DNA of 64,000 bases from the NCBI RefSeq assembly GCF_009914755.1, contig NC_060941.1, one strand, 5' to 3'. The stretch's first letter is position 1. The number at the start of each line of letters is the position of its first letter. A program made the position numbers and the translations under genes. The stretch is from the human T2T-CHM13v2.0 reference genome, Homo sapiens. Shown here in pieces: positions 1 through 13,994 of the stretch. The notes beneath the pieces were generated by a model. That model was not told the DNA's origin. It saw nothing but the letters and a program-made list of their open reading frames with translations, and ran no database searches.

Positions 1-299
1 AACCCTGCCACTGTCTACTCATTGCAGTAGAATAAAAGTTCAGACAACCTGGTGCCTGCCTCTTAAGCCTCATCTCCTACCCTTGCTTGTTCTTGCTATG
101 TGGGTCAGATTTTCCGGTCTCCAGAGCTGAAAACAATCTTAACTGACAGGCATTAGATCATAGACTCTATCTACAGCATAAGGCATGGAAGGAAAAGTCT
201 GAGAGAATGAAGGGCCAGAAAAGTTCATTTAAAAAAAATAAAAAGCACAGGAAACTGGAAACATAACTAACCTGTATGTATATACTCAAAAGAACATGG

Positions 300-620
300 C
301 AGCAAAATGAACTCTTTAGAAACTGAGCCAACAGACTTGCAAATGAATAGAAATACCTTTGGTCCTACTCTGAAAACAAAAAGAATCCTTAGTGAATATA
401 CAAGAACAAAAATTGTACACATTTCTGGGTCATAATGCAATAAAACTAGAAATAATCGAAAGAGAATTTAAAGATGTTCAGCTTCCTGAAAATGTCAGAT
501 TATCCTTTTAAACAAATTAATGCCTATGTCAGGGTGCAAATCCAAAACACAAATACCTTGCCTATAAAAATATATTTTTTCAAGCAACAGTGTATCAGGA
601 TGTAAGGAGAGAGCTCACTA
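300..620 (+). mobile_element. Old L1M ORF2 (endonuclease-end) fragment
   Basis: tttctgggtcataatgcaataaaactagaaata (422-454) reads FLGHNAIKLEI, resembling the L1 ORF2 FSDHNAIKLEI motif, in A-rich context. Boundaries approximate. Confidence 0.55.
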
Positions 621-1382
621 ACTCAGAAGCTCCCAGAGTGACCAGATGTGTTCATGGGAACCGGAGCACTGCCCTGGAGTCATTTGACATCACCTTATTA
701 CAAACAGGAACAGCCATGATGGGGAATGCTCAGATGCCAGTAATAAGTCAGAGGATTCCCTCCTGAACGGGACCTCCCAGTCCTTTTTGGCACAGGGTTC
801 CAGGTGTGACCACAAATCCATGGGTGAGGGCTTTCAAGATCAACCTGCCCTCAGGCAGTGGAGTGGAAACTGGAACTAGCAGCTACAGTGGAAAAAAGGA
901 ATGTCCTCTCAGAATATGTCATCTGCCCCATGCAAAGACTCTGGATCTCAGAAGTCCTCCTGGTAAGGACTCGGAGCCAGACAACTTCATTTCCTGTCAC
1001 CTGGGCTGCTCTCCCTCTGACAGCTATGGAAATTGGTGAAGCACAGGAACGTATTGGAAATGGCAATGATGTGCAATGCCAATGTGTGGAAGTGTACAAG
1101 TTAAGTAATATTTTAAAAACAGAACACACAGCAGTTTGCACAATCTGATCAAAGCTCTGTCATGTATGTTTCTAAACAAGTTTGGAAGAGAATTTGGAAA
1201 TGGCTGAATTTTTTTAATAAAGCTCATGTTTTTAGTTTGTTTAAATGTAAAAGCATACACTTAGAAACAAGTTAGTACATAAGAATTTTTAATCTTAGCT
1301 ATCTGGAAGCTTCAAATACCTAGAATGAGGCATTTCCCAAAGGTCTCTGTAACTTGAATTTTACCGTAGTTTGAAAACTCTT

Positions 1383-1676
1383 GCCAGGCATACTGGCTCA
1401 CACAGGTAATCCCAGCACTTTGGGAGATTGAGGTGGGCAGATTGCTTGAGCTAGGAGTTAGAGACCAGCCTGGGCAACATGGTGAAACCCCATCTCTACA
1501 AAAAATTTAAAAATTAGCTGGGAGTGGTGGCACTGCCGTTTGACACAGCTACTCAGGAGGCTGGGGTGGGAGGATCCTTGAGCCCGGGAGGTCCAGGCTG
1601 CAGTGAGCCATGATTGCATCCCTGTACTTCAACCTGGGCAACAGTGCCAGACCCTGCCCCCTCCCCCAAAAGAAAA
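1383..1676 (+). mobile_element. Alu, J-type
   Basis: Full two-arm Alu with J-type ttgagcccgggag / cctgggcaac blocks. Confidence 0.92.
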
Positions 1677-2312
1677 CTATTAGTTCATAGTGCAGTTGAT
1701 GAAATAATGTACATCCACAAAGAAAGGAGCAACCATAATATGTATATAATTACTCAGTATTAAAATATTGTATATAGTATTACATATATAATATTGAATA
1801 CCTATAATGAATGGGGCACTGCTTTAAGCACTGTATACTCATTATCCCACAAGAATTCCTTCTCGGGTAGGTCTTAGTATATTCAATTTAAAGGCTAATT
1901 AGTAAGCAATACATAGAATTGAACAAGAAGCTAAAACATAGAAGGCTCTCGAAAATACAATGTGGAATGAGTAATGCAAGTTACAGAGATACATAGCACA
2001 TTTATAGAAAGTGTAAAAACTTACAAAGTTAAACACTATATTATTTAGATAAACAATATATTATTTAGAGATGTTATTATGTAATAAAAGTATAAAAGTC
2101 AGGGAAATAATATGTTTTGTAAAGCTTCAGATGAATGATTGTCCTAGATGGGGAGGCAAATGGTTACATTTCCAAAGGGCCAACCATGAAGACGGCTTCA
2201 AATGTAGTGGTGTAGGTGATGGATACAATGTATTTATTTTACTTTTATGTGAGTCTGTGTGTATGTATGTGTGTGAGTGTGTGTGCAATTTTGTATGTAT
2301 AAATATGTAGTA

Positions 2313-2446
<134 letters not shown>

Positions 2447-3121
2447 ACTGGTAAATATTTTGCTATTATAGATTCGGCTATCATGTTCTGTTCAGTGCCT
2501 ATTTCAATAGCCTCTCTGCCTTAATTCACCTTCATCTGCAGTGGGACACAGTACTTCTTCTCTAGGCTACCCATGGGGTACCCCAACAGCGTTGCCACCA
2601 CATACAATCTTCATAGAGCTCTTAACTGCATCCAGCTTTCTCCAGGAGCTCAGGATGCCCCAGACCCTCATCGCAGACAGCATTGCCCTGGAGCTTATGG
2701 CTGGAGATGATATCACCACAGACATCCCCAACCCAGCCCTGTCCTGGGAGCAGGATTCTGGCCTCCCTATTAGGCCTCAGAAACTGGCTGACCACCTGGC
2801 TTCACAAACCTGTGTGTTTTCAGGGAAAATTTTGATCTCTACAAACCATGACATGTAGAGAGGGACACACATCTGATTCAGCAGTCCCTGATCCGCTGAT
2901 CCATGGACACATTTGCCCACAAGGAATAACCTAGAATTTCTCTCTGGTGGAGGTCAGGGGCATTACATGAGCTGAGTAGAGCTTAGTTTTTAATCACTAG
3001 ACATAGGCAAGGTGTTTAAGTTATTACGCTTCCAAGCAGCATGGTCCTCACTCACTCAAGGTGAGATAAATATTGCTGCAAAGGAACAACAGCTGCATTG
3101 TTGGAGTTTTGCTTTTGAGGC

Positions 3122-3167
3122 GTGTGTGTGTGTGTGTGTGTGTGTGCGCATTTGTGTGTGTGTGCGT
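3122..3167. repeat. Interrupted (TG)n microsatellite
   Basis: Seen directly. Confidence 0.95.
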
Positions 3168-4597
3168 GAGTTGATTTCTTTCACAAAATACATTTTCACA
3201 TACTTCCTTACTCCAATCTACATTGCCCCTTCCTTTTAAATAAATTTTTTTGAAAACTAATAAGCCTATTTTATTTATTTACATTTTTTATTTACGTTTC
3301 TTTACAAACTGTTTGCTATTAGTCTACAGTGAAAAGTCAACACTTTATAAAATAAGATTAGCATTTAAAAGCTTCTCAATTCTAATACTTTGAAAGGCTA
3401 CACCCATTTTCAGAAAGTCTGGGCTATTCAAAATATTTTACAAAATTCTGAAACTTCGAAAAGCTGCAAGATTTGGAGACAGCAAGATGAAGTGTTTTTT
3501 CTAACAGCCAGTTTTGTTCACTTTATTATTAAATATGCACTTTTTAAATTAACAGCTTGAATTCTAGAATATATTTTTGAAAATCACTAATGATTTTTGT
3601 AAAAATAGAAAATCTGTTGTACCTTTATCTTAAAATTCACTTCTTATCTATTTTCTAGATTTGATGTTTTGTCATTTTAAAGGATACTAGACAAGAGGAT
3701 CTCAATTTGGATCACTATATTGGGCTCCTAATATCCTAATATAATTTTAATTCATCTCAAACAATGCATTATTACCATATACATCAGCATTTCCCAAACT
3801 GTGCTATAAGCTATGTATACTTTTGCTATTTTTGAGCTAAAATATGCTTACAAATATATAAAAATATAAAAATATATTTAGGTGTTGTTATGCAATAATG
3901 CACTTTTCAAAAAGAAACGATATACCAGTCTCAAGAATACCCGGAAGCTGCATGAAAATTCTTGATTCCTTTTATATATAGTGACAGAAAAAGATGTAAA
4001 TCTAACAATTGGTTATTTTTATTGTTTAAAGTTTTTTCTATAAGCACATGTGAATTAAGTATTCATTATTCCATATTCCTCATGTCACCGACGCTGGGTG
4101 CCCACAGCACTGTTTTTCTAACACTGCAGCTGTGGGACTGAGGGTGGCAGACCAGACACCTGCACTGAGCCACATTCGTCACACAGTTGGACCAGCCCTG
4201 AGCCGGGGGCAGAAACATCCTGATGTGAAAAGCTGTTTGCTAAGTACAATGACCACACGTTTCGTCTATTTTGAATACACCATCACAACAAACTCTACAC
4301 TCTTGACAGATGAGACAGGCAGATATGATCTTTGAACACAAGTGAGAAAGACGTTCACACAGACTCCCATCCTCCCTCACATGACTGGAGGATTAAAATG
4401 GTGGTGGGGGGTGGATATTCAGCTCAGGGGCAGATTAGTGACACTCTCACAGCTATTTTAAGATACGAAATATTTATATGATCCTATTCCAAACCCTAAT
4501 ACATAAATAATGAACTCAGAACTGTACACAAAGGGAAACAAAAAACCACTCTGACAGTGTCCAGGTCCCTCATAAACTTCCCAGAAGTCAAGGAGGT

Positions 4598-4690
4598 CAA
4601 GGCTGGTCTCAAACTCCTAGGCTCAAGCGATCTGCCCACCTGGGCCTCCCAAAGCTCTGGGATTACAGGCATAAGCCACCAAACACAGCC
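4598..4690 (-). mobile_element. Alu left monomer / FLAM fragment
   Basis: ggctggtctcaaactcctaggctcaagcgatctgcccacc...gggattacaggcataagccacc. Confidence 0.85.
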
Positions 4691-4799
4691 TAGTACGTTC
4701 TTTCGATATGTTTGGAATGAATGTGTTTCCAAGGATAAAAGCTTACAATGACATCTTTCTTACCTGTAAGATACCCGAAGAGCAGAGAGAGGGTCCCCA

Positions 4800-4980
4800 G
4801 GCTGGCTAAGCATCCAGAACACTGGGGGAGCTTTAAAAACATAGATATAAATTATTGTATTTCACCCCTTACTTACTGAATCACAATCCCAGGGATGGAA
4901 GCACCCAGAGATCTGTCTTTTTAGAACTTCTCCAGCTCTCCAAGTGGTGCTGACAATCAGGCAGATTGAGAGCCAGTGCT
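4800..4980. mobile_element. MER5-like hAT-Charlie MITE
   Basis: ggggagctttaaaaa...ctgaatcacaatc...ttgagagccagtg pattern typical of MER5A/B. Confidence 0.55.
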
Positions 4981-5859
4981 TCAGGCAGCTCATCCCAGAC
5001 CTCGGGAGCAGGGGAGTCACCCAGAGCTATGTCAGACTGAAGGTTCTGGTGCATCAGGGGTGGGGAGGGTCTTGAGAGTTGGCCTTTCCAACAAGCTTCC
5101 CAGAGGGGCTGCTTTGCTGATCCTCACCAGGCTTTGAGGGTGCACAGCACTCTTCCTCTAGGTGTGTGTCCACATACCTGGCACATTTGTTGTTGCATTG
5201 CCCCAGGTATAAAGTGCAGGGTGCCCCCTCTACACCTTCAGCCCTGCTGTCTCCCCTGCTGACCCCCAAATCTCTGGGGCTTGGACTTACCTTTATAAAG
5301 GGAGCTCTCAGCTCAGGGGTGGGCCCTCCCCACTGGCCCTCTTTTCCCAAGGCCCGGCATCAGCAGGAGCTGCTCGAGCAATTCATCCCGAGGGGTCTAT
5401 GTGGTGTGAAAGGCTTAGGGAGACTGTTCTGTTTATTGTTAAGAGCCAGGAAACAAAGCCTGGAAACAAAGTCTGGTATTGCTCAATTCAGTGGTGATAA
5501 GAGACAAGGGTAGGGCAGGGTGCAGAGAAGACTCCCACACATAGCAGGACCGAGTGAGTGCCAATTCTTCCTTCTAACACTGGCACCAAGGAGAGACCGC
5601 TGTCCCTTCCCATAAAGGCAGTGGACAAATGGAAGCATCGCTTGGTGTGCCAGCTTCTTTGGGGCAGGAGAACAATAGGTGACTTGAAGCAGGGTTGGGA
5701 GCCCCATCCCAAGCACAGTGGATGCTGAAGGGGGTCCCAGGCTCCCCAGGTCCTGGGCTTCTCTTGATTCTCAGTTAAGCTTGTTGATTGCATATAGTTG
5801 AATATATATAGGCGAGGAAAAGACACAAGCCAAGAACTGGGGGCTTCAGTCAGCTCTGA

Positions 5860-6182
<323 letters not shown>

Positions 6183-6981
6183 AGGAAGAGCATTTCTAAC
6201 ATCCAAATGCAAATGTCTGCCACCCCGGGCTGCTTTCCTCTGGAAACTGCACTGCAGGGCACAGCAGGTCCCAGGTTTGCCTTTCCTAATTCCCTGCACC
6301 ACCCAGCTCCCGCCTCCCTCACTGTGCGGGATGAGAGGTCCACACAGACAGTTCCTTCTCACCTTTGAAATGGCAGTGGTGGCTGCAGCCTGGGAGCTGA
6401 GGCCATCCCAAGCGGGTGAGACCCCCACCAGGGGCCCTGGGTACCTGCCGGCCACAGGCTGTGCCATCCAGGCTGTGCACAGCCACGCCTCAGCTACCAG
6501 GATTTCCTTCCTGTGGAACTGGACCTTCCATCCAGAGAGTCTTGCAGCAGAGAGCAGAAATGGGCTTTCTCTCTGCTGGTGTAGGAAAGCCATGGCAGGA
6601 AGGCGGTACCAACAACACACAGCTGCCTGTCCCACGTGGGGTCCTGCACCTCCTGCCTCCCAGCTTTCCTGCCCCTTTACTTTGTAAGTGTGCTCTTTGA
6701 TTAAGTGTCCTGTTTTTAATTGTGTCCAAATGTTCACACTGTCTTAAGTGATGCTGGAGCCACAGCCTGGGGCCACTGCAGGTCCTTCCTCTGGAGCAAA
6801 GGGTCTTTGTCACAGTGTTTCTCTAAAAGCATATCCATCCTGAGTGACACTTATTTTAGAAACAGATAGAATTGGTGAAAAAAGGGTTGAGCATTATAAA
6901 ATGTCTCTGGATTTCAAAGAAGTTGGCCACCATCTATGGGGAATTGGGGATGAGTAACTTCTCTTTAAGTAAATGAGGACA

Positions 6982-7404
<423 letters not shown>

Positions 7405-8179
7405 TCATTACTAAGGTTCAGTGTTAAATAGAGACATTCTTCCACTGATGGCAGCCATTATGGGCCACCTGAGCTTTCTTTGGTTTTCCCTGCCATCTGC
7501 ATGGTCCTCCACTGCACTTGAATGAGGAGTCCTGAGGGTCTGAGTAAGTTGCAGGGATTGCTGTGCTGCCAGGAGTGAGTGAAAGAAGAGGCCAGAGCAG
7601 CCACCTCAGCTAAAAAGAAAGCCAGAGGAGAGGGTGGGTATTTAGGGAGCGGGGATTTTTAATTTCAAGTGAATTCTGTAATTAAGGAAATGGGGTGGTG
7701 GTGGTGGGGCTCTGGGCTGGGTGCTCTGGCACTGTCCCTAACAGCAGTCACAGTGATGGCTTTGCTCCTGTGCTGCTGTCCCTCCTCCCTCTCAGCAATA
7801 GGAAGAACATGTGTGCTTTTGATGCACTTGGTGCAGCAGGCCTGGGATGCCGCATTTCACACAAGCTTCAGGTGACCCCAGTGCTGCTGGTTCATGGACC
7901 ACGCTGTGAGTAGCAAGGTCACAAACTCCCCTGAGGGAGGGGAGTAGCTGGCTGCGTTTCTGAGAGACCCTATTACGATTGAACTACTTTGGGCCTCACT
8001 TCTTGAGAACTCAAAACAGCTGCTGGGTGTGCTGAAGCCATATTCACCCCACCACAAAGAGGACAGTCAGCACCTTTCTCCACACAATGGTAAAAAGGTT
8101 TTGTTTTCATATAAAACCTCAACAGATGAATGGGGCCACTATCAATGATTTTCAGAAAGAAAGGCTCAAATACCAACTA

Positions 8180-8463
8180 TTTTTTTTATGGAGTCTTGCT
8201 CTGTCACCCAGGCTGGAATGCAGTGGCATGATCTCCACTCACTGCAACTTCTGACTCCCAGGTTCAAGCAATCCACTCGCTTCAGCCTCCCGAGTAGCTG
8301 GGACTACAGGTGTGCGCCATGCCTGGCTAATTTTTATACTTTTAGTAGAGATGGGTTTCACCATGTTGGCCAGGCTGGTCTCGAACTGCTGAAATGAAGT
8401 GATCCACCTGCCTCTGCCTCCCAAAGTGCTGGGATTACAGGTGTGAGCCACCATACCCAGCCC
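8180..8463 (-). mobile_element. AluS-type element
   Basis: Full Alu. TSD caaataccaactatt at 8167-8181 and 8465-8479. Confidence 0.95.
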
Positions 8464-8504
8464 CCAAATACCAACTATTCTTTAAAAAAAATTATGATTA
8501 TGTT

Positions 8505-8803
8505 GGAGGCACAGTGGCTCCTTCTGTAATTTCAATACTTTGGAAGGCCAAGGCAGGCAAATTGCTTGAGCCCTGGAGTTGGAGACCAGCCTGGGCAACA
8601 TGGTAAAACCCTGTTCCTGCAAAAAGTTTTTAAAAAATTAGCCGGGCATAGTCGCATTCATCTATAGTCCCAGCTACTCAGGAAGCTGAGGTGGGAGGAT
8701 TGCTTGAGCTCTGGAAGTTTGAGGCTGCAGTGAGCTGTGATGGCACCACTGCACTCCAGCCTGGGTGACAGAGTGAGACCCTGTCTCAAAAAAAGAAAAA
8801 AAA
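8505..8803 (+). mobile_element. AluJ-type element
   Basis: Full Alu with A-tail, followed by (TA)n. Confidence 0.92.
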
Positions 8804-9454
8804 ATTTTATATATATATATGTATGTATATTATGTTGGGAGAGATGTCCCTCATAATTAAACTAGGTTAATACAGATGATTTTATTTAATAGCTGAAATG
8901 GTTCTGTTACCTGGGAGTTTGTTTTATATTTAGTTGATCTTGGAGGATCCATCATGAATCCCCCCTAGAAGTGCCCACAGTGACATGTTCCATGAGTGCT
9001 TGATGGAAAGCCATGTATTTCTAAGGCTCTGGTGGCAGGTAGCAGTTATGCGATGGCATGAGGAAAATCCATTTAGTAGAGTTGTCCAAAAGTGCAATGG
9101 CCTGGCTTGGTAAGCTGTAAATTCAGTCCCTGTGAGGGGTAGAAAGTGAGGATGGAGAAGGAAGGAATATGCCAAACAGGGGTTGAACAAGACGGGCTTC
9201 TTCCAGCTGTCAGTTTTGTGACTATGGGTACTGTCCATGTCTCCAGGATCCACCTGGGATGCCTCTGATAATGTAACCACGTACCCCCATTTTTCTTGGG
9301 CAGTTTATTCCAACAAGTGAGCTATAGTGCAGGCATTGGGCCATGTGGTATCTGTTTGACTTTCAAGGGCTTAGGTCAGCTTGGTGGAGTTCTCTGGGTC
9401 CCTCTAGGGAATCATCCAACCCAGGGATGGCCTGCAGGGTCCCACCCCACCCCT

Positions 9455-10218
9455 AAAGCACTTACATTCACACAAAATCCTAGAGCTGAATGTTCTCAGC
9501 AGGCTTATTCCTCATAGCCAAAAGCCAGAAACAAATCCAGATGTTCTTCAAGGAGCGAGTGGCAAAACAGTTGGGGTCATTGTGGAAATGAAGGGAAGCC
9601 TTTGGAGAGATGTATTGGAAGAATGAACAGGACTCAGTAATGGATTGTTTATGACGTGGGGGGGTTACAGGCTGAAGAAACTCTTTCTAGAGTCTGGAAT
9701 GGAGTCCCTAGGTGAGCTGTCACACCATTTATTTAGACAGTAAGTCTGGGTCACAGCCAAGTCCAGGAAGATGACCTAGACTATAGAGTGGGATCAGTTC
9801 TAATCTGTAATGTCTAAGAGGTATTTCAGTCTGGAAATCAGCTAGGCAGCTGTACATATAATTCTGAGTGGAGATAAAATCTGGAGGTTGTAAGAATAGA
9901 GTTAATAATTAGTGCCTTAAAAATCAATTTGGTCACCCAGAGGGCTTGGGGTTCTTTTTTTCTGGCATACCAATAAAAGAATAGCAGAGTTCAGGGGTGA
10001 GTTATGATGCACTTCAGATTTTAAATCCCAAGCAGGGGTTGTAAGCATGCTGGCAAACCTTGGGGAGGAGCATCCAGAAAGGCAGGATGAGAAGGAGAAG
10101 CATTGGCTTCAGGAGCCAGGAGCAAGATGGACCCCAGAAACAAAAAGGAGCCACTTACCTGGACTGTTCCTTTGACGTGGTAAATGGAAAGTGGCCATTA
10201 GATTTTCCATCATGGAAC
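9455..10218 (+). mobile_element. L1M 3' fragment (~9455-9575) followed by decayed L2-like sequence
   Basis: catagccaaaagccagaaacaaatccagatgttc (L1M 3' end); gaacaggactcagtaatggattg and gtggccattagatttt (L2-like). The L2-like sequence resumes after 11443. Confidence 0.5.
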
Positions 10219-11443
10219 TGTCAAAGGACAAAAGTACAACAGATTTAGTTTAAAGATCCTAATTGGCTTTATTTGCTATTCTAGAATCAGGCAACAGTTC
10301 ATTCCATAAAACAGACTGAGCGTTCCTCCGATCAGAGATGGGGAGATGGGCTTTATGGATAGAAAAGGCTGAAGCAGAAACAGAGAACAAAACACAGATT
10401 GGTTGCAAAGTTACTTTCCTTGTAAACATTAAAGCAGAGGGGAGGGACTGCCTATCATGCTGGCTAAACCTGGCCTGTTGGGGATTTGCCTGTTATCTCT
10501 CTGTGTCCTGACTTCTCAGAAAGTCAGATCAACAACTTCGTTTTGGTTTGGAAAAGTGGAACTTTAGCGCAAGGAACTCCAATCCAGTCTGGTCTTGTTA
10601 CTGAAATGAACCTGGGTCTGCTTGCCCCGTGTGGTAAAACCAAACACCCACACTGAGGTTTGCAGCAGGAGAAAGGAGGGTGTTAACTTGCAGGACACCA
10701 AGCAAGGAGAATGGGGCAGCTTACACTTCAGACCCAATCTCCTGGATGGCTTACAAGCAAGGGATTTTAAAGGCAGGGGAACAATTCAGGAAAGCAGAAG
10801 TTACAGGGAAACCATAAATCAATACAGAGGGTATACATTGTTTTGGCCCAAAAAGGTGGAAGCTCTTGAAGCAAGGGGCTTACAGGTCATAGGCGGCTTC
10901 AGGATTCTTTGATTGCAATTGGTTAAGGAAGCCAGGCTTTGTTGAAAACTTGGGGTCAGCAGAAAGGAATGTTAAGATGTGGCCTGTGGGCATGACTCCC
11001 TCCAGGCCCCTGAGAAAGAAATTTACAACAAAGAGCAGCCATCAGAGTGCAGCCCTCAGCTCCCCGACATCTGAGGTCTCTGTGATGATGGTCAGTATTT
11101 TCCATCTGACGTGGGTCCGGGTTTCTGAAAAACCATTCATGGACATATGCTAAGATGTAATCTTTAGTTTCAATAGGGGACCAAACACCTTGTGGCTCTG
11201 ACTTACTTGAGTGGCTGTTACTTGAAGCTATTATTCCCTTCTTGCTTATCAGGTGGCTCATTTACTTCTCAAGGCCAGCTAGGTACCTGGAATTTCCCTT
11301 GAAGGAAATCAAGATTTTCCTTTGTTTCCATGCTGGAGGAGGCCCAGCAGGCCTCTAATAGGGGTCCATGCTCCGTCTCAGTCTGTTGGGCCTAGTGCAG
11401 AAGCTCAGTCCAAACTAATGGCCTCCTGTAAATGTATTTTACA
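10219..11443 (-). mobile_element. ERV1-class solo LTR, split by a nested LTR
   Basis: TG...CA termini, near-TSD GAAC/GAAG, reverse poly(A) signal (tttatt) near the left end. Confidence 0.75.
10596..11380 (-). mobile_element. ERV1 (MER4-group) solo LTR nested in the previous LTR
   Basis: TG...CA termini with a perfect 4-bp TSD GTCT at 10592-10595 and 11381-11384. Confidence 0.85.
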
Positions 11444-11616
11444 GAAGTCAGCAGTGTCCACAGCAAGGGAGAGTTTCTTGAGCAACCTGCTGGGAGACCT
11501 AAGAGTGAAATAAAGAGTGAATGTCAGGTGAAAACATTGAAAAGATGAGGACTGACAAGTATTTACAGGGGGTTAACTCTGAAGTGGTTCCAATAAACTG
11601 TGATCTTGAAAAGCAG

Positions 11617-12146
11617 GTAGTGGAGGGAAAAATGGCTTCCCCTTCTAGGTTCTTTGGCTGGGCTAGGAATTAAATTGACATAAGACGGGCTAATAGGAGA
11701 ATAAAAAACTTTAATTACGTCTATATGCACAGGAGTCCCACAAAATATGGATGAGGAGAAGGGCCAGATGAATGAAGCTTAGATAGTGTCCTGAGTTACA
11801 GAAAGGAACAGGGGCTTGGGGCTTGCTGAGGATGGGCACAAGTTCTGGGAGGGTGAGGGGAGGCAATGTCTGGTGAATAAAAGGTGTCTTGTTCTGCAGA
11901 GAAAAGTCTCTGGGGTTATAGAAGTTGTCTGGAACCAGCCCTCTTCCTGATACAGATAATTCACTAATGTAGATTTTTTTTATAGTTATAAATTTCTTTT
12001 ACAAAAGGGCAGCTTTTCAGAGCTACTCCTGTGTCTGCAATTTCTTAGAATAACAAGATCAAAATTTGCCTAAGAAGTATATTTTGTGTTCACATATCTG
12101 GTTTTGTATTGTCATATTTTGGGGTGGTGTGTCCTGAGCCCCACCA
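11617..12146 (-). mobile_element. MER34/MER39-like ERV1 LTR
   Basis: Right end reverse-complements to tggtggggctcaggacacaccaccccaaaatatgac, a MER34-family start. Near-TSD GCAG/GCAA. Confidence 0.75.
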
Positions 12147-12211
12147 GCAAGGGCCATGTTATAGGAATATAATTTTTAATTGACTTTTTAGAGTTGTTTT
12201 GAATTCACAGC

Positions 12212-12713
12212 TGAAGGGGCTTAGAGTATACCATCCCAAAATATGCCACTCTGACATAAAGATTATTTTGAGCTGAAGACAACTGAGACCAAGTAGACAC
12301 AGGACAAACTCTCTGCCCTGTCCCCATCTACCAGAAGGGCAGGATGGCTCTTACCAGCCCAGAGGTGGCACCAGAAAAATCAACATCACAAGCACGCCAA
12401 ATCAACCTTATCTGTCAGCTTCTGCCATATATCTACCTTCCCACAACTTGTTATCCACAGAAGCTCAAGGTCCCCTTCCTTTGTCTTTCCACTTCTCTAC
12501 AAATACATTGCTCTCTCATTAGGGTGCTAATAAGCCCAAGTTCTAACCGCCTTTTTGAGTTATTATCACTGAGCTCTCCCATGTGTATTTGCGATGCATG
12601 AATTAATAAATGTGTTGTTTTCTCTTGTTAACCTGGCTTTCATTGGTCTAAATTTGTGGGGCCAAGGCACTAAACCTAAGATGGGTGGAGGAAAGATTTT
12701 TTCTAAACCTATA
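12212..12713 (+). mobile_element. MER34-like ERV1 LTR
   Basis: Starts tgaaggggcttagagtataccatcccaaaatatgccact; AATAAA at ~12605; TSD CAGC at 12208-12211 and 12714-12717. Confidence 0.85.
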
Positions 12714-12927
12714 CAGCAAAATTGAGCTGAGCGTGCAGAGAACTCTCATATGAACCCCTCACCGGCCCACACATGTGCACACACACACACCCACACACGC
12801 ACAGCCTGCCCTACTGTCCATGTCCCACATCAGTGGGGCACATTTGTTACTACAGCTAAACCCACACCAACACATCATTTTCACCCAAAGTCTGTGGTTC
12901 ACATTAGGGTCACTCTTGGTGTTGTAT

Positions 12928-13721
12928 TGTCAGTGAAAAGAGCCAAACTCTGTAAAATATTTGAAGAGATTTATTCTGAGCCAAATATGAGTGACCCAAG
13001 GTATAGTCTCAAGAGGCCCTGAGAACATGTGACCAAAGCGGTTGTTTTACAGTTTGGTTTTATACCTTTTAAGGAGACATGAGACATTAATCAGTACATG
13101 TGAGATGTACATTGATTCAGTCCAGAAAGGTGGGACAGCTCGAAGGGGGTCAATGGGAGGAAGGCTTCCAGGTCATAGGTGGATTCAAAGATTTTCTGAT
13201 TGGCAATTGATTGAAAGAGTTATTATCTAAAAACCTGCAATCAATAGAAAGGAATATCTGGGTCAAGATAAGGGGTTGTGGAGACCAAGGTTCTTACCAT
13301 GTAGATGAAGTCTCATGGGGGTCACCCTTAGAGACAATAGATGGCCAATGTTTCCTATTCAGACTTTTAAAAGGTGCTAGACTTTCAGCTAATCTCTAGA
13401 GGATTGGGACAGCCTGGAAGGGAAAAGAGCTAGTTATGGTAATAGAGATTCTTTACAGGTGCAAATTTTCCCCACAAGAGACAGCTTTGCAGGGCCATTT
13501 CAAAATATGCAAAAAAAAATCCTATTTTGGGGTAAAATATTTTTATTTCCTTCTTTATCTGTCATATGATGTTATACGAGAGTCAGGTGGGAAAGTAAGC
13601 TGTGTTATATATAAGGTTAAATAAAGCCCATCTGTTGAGATGTCAGTTTCTAGGGTATGACTCCCCAGGCCCCTTAGATAGGAATTTGGGCAAGAGAGAA
13701 AAAATGTCAGTTTAGTCCTCA
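12928..13721 (-). mobile_element. MER4-family (MER4D/E-like) LTR
   Basis: tgtcagtgaaaagagccaaactctgtaaaatatttgaagagatttattctg ... tttagtcctca; near-TSD GTAT/GTAC. Confidence 0.85.
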
Positions 13722-13994
13722 GTACATTCTTTGGGTTTGAACAGATGTCTAATGCCATATCCACCACTGTCATATCATACAGAGTAGTTTCACAGTCTGG
13801 CAAATCCCCTGTGCTCTGCCTGTTCATCCCTCTCTCCCCCAACCCCTGCCAACCACTGCTCTTTTTACTGTCTCCATGGTTTTGCCTTTTCCAGAATGTG
13901 ACAGAGTTGGAATCTTACAGTATGCAGCCTTTTCAGATCAGTTTCTTTCAGTTAGTAATATGCATTTAAGGTTCTTTCATGCAGCTCAATAATG

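Larger units (their letters stand above)
12170..13985 (-). mobile_element. L1MA/MB 3' end interrupted by two LTRs
   Basis: Antisense L1 3' UTR blocks at ~12170-12211, 12714-12927 and 13722-13985 join across the LTR TSDs. Confidence 0.75.

Noticed and set aside
806-935. Faint resemblance of the 77-aa ORF to the SELENOH C-terminus
   Set aside because: Only scattered residues match and no upstream CxxU region is seen; indistinguishable from chance without a search.
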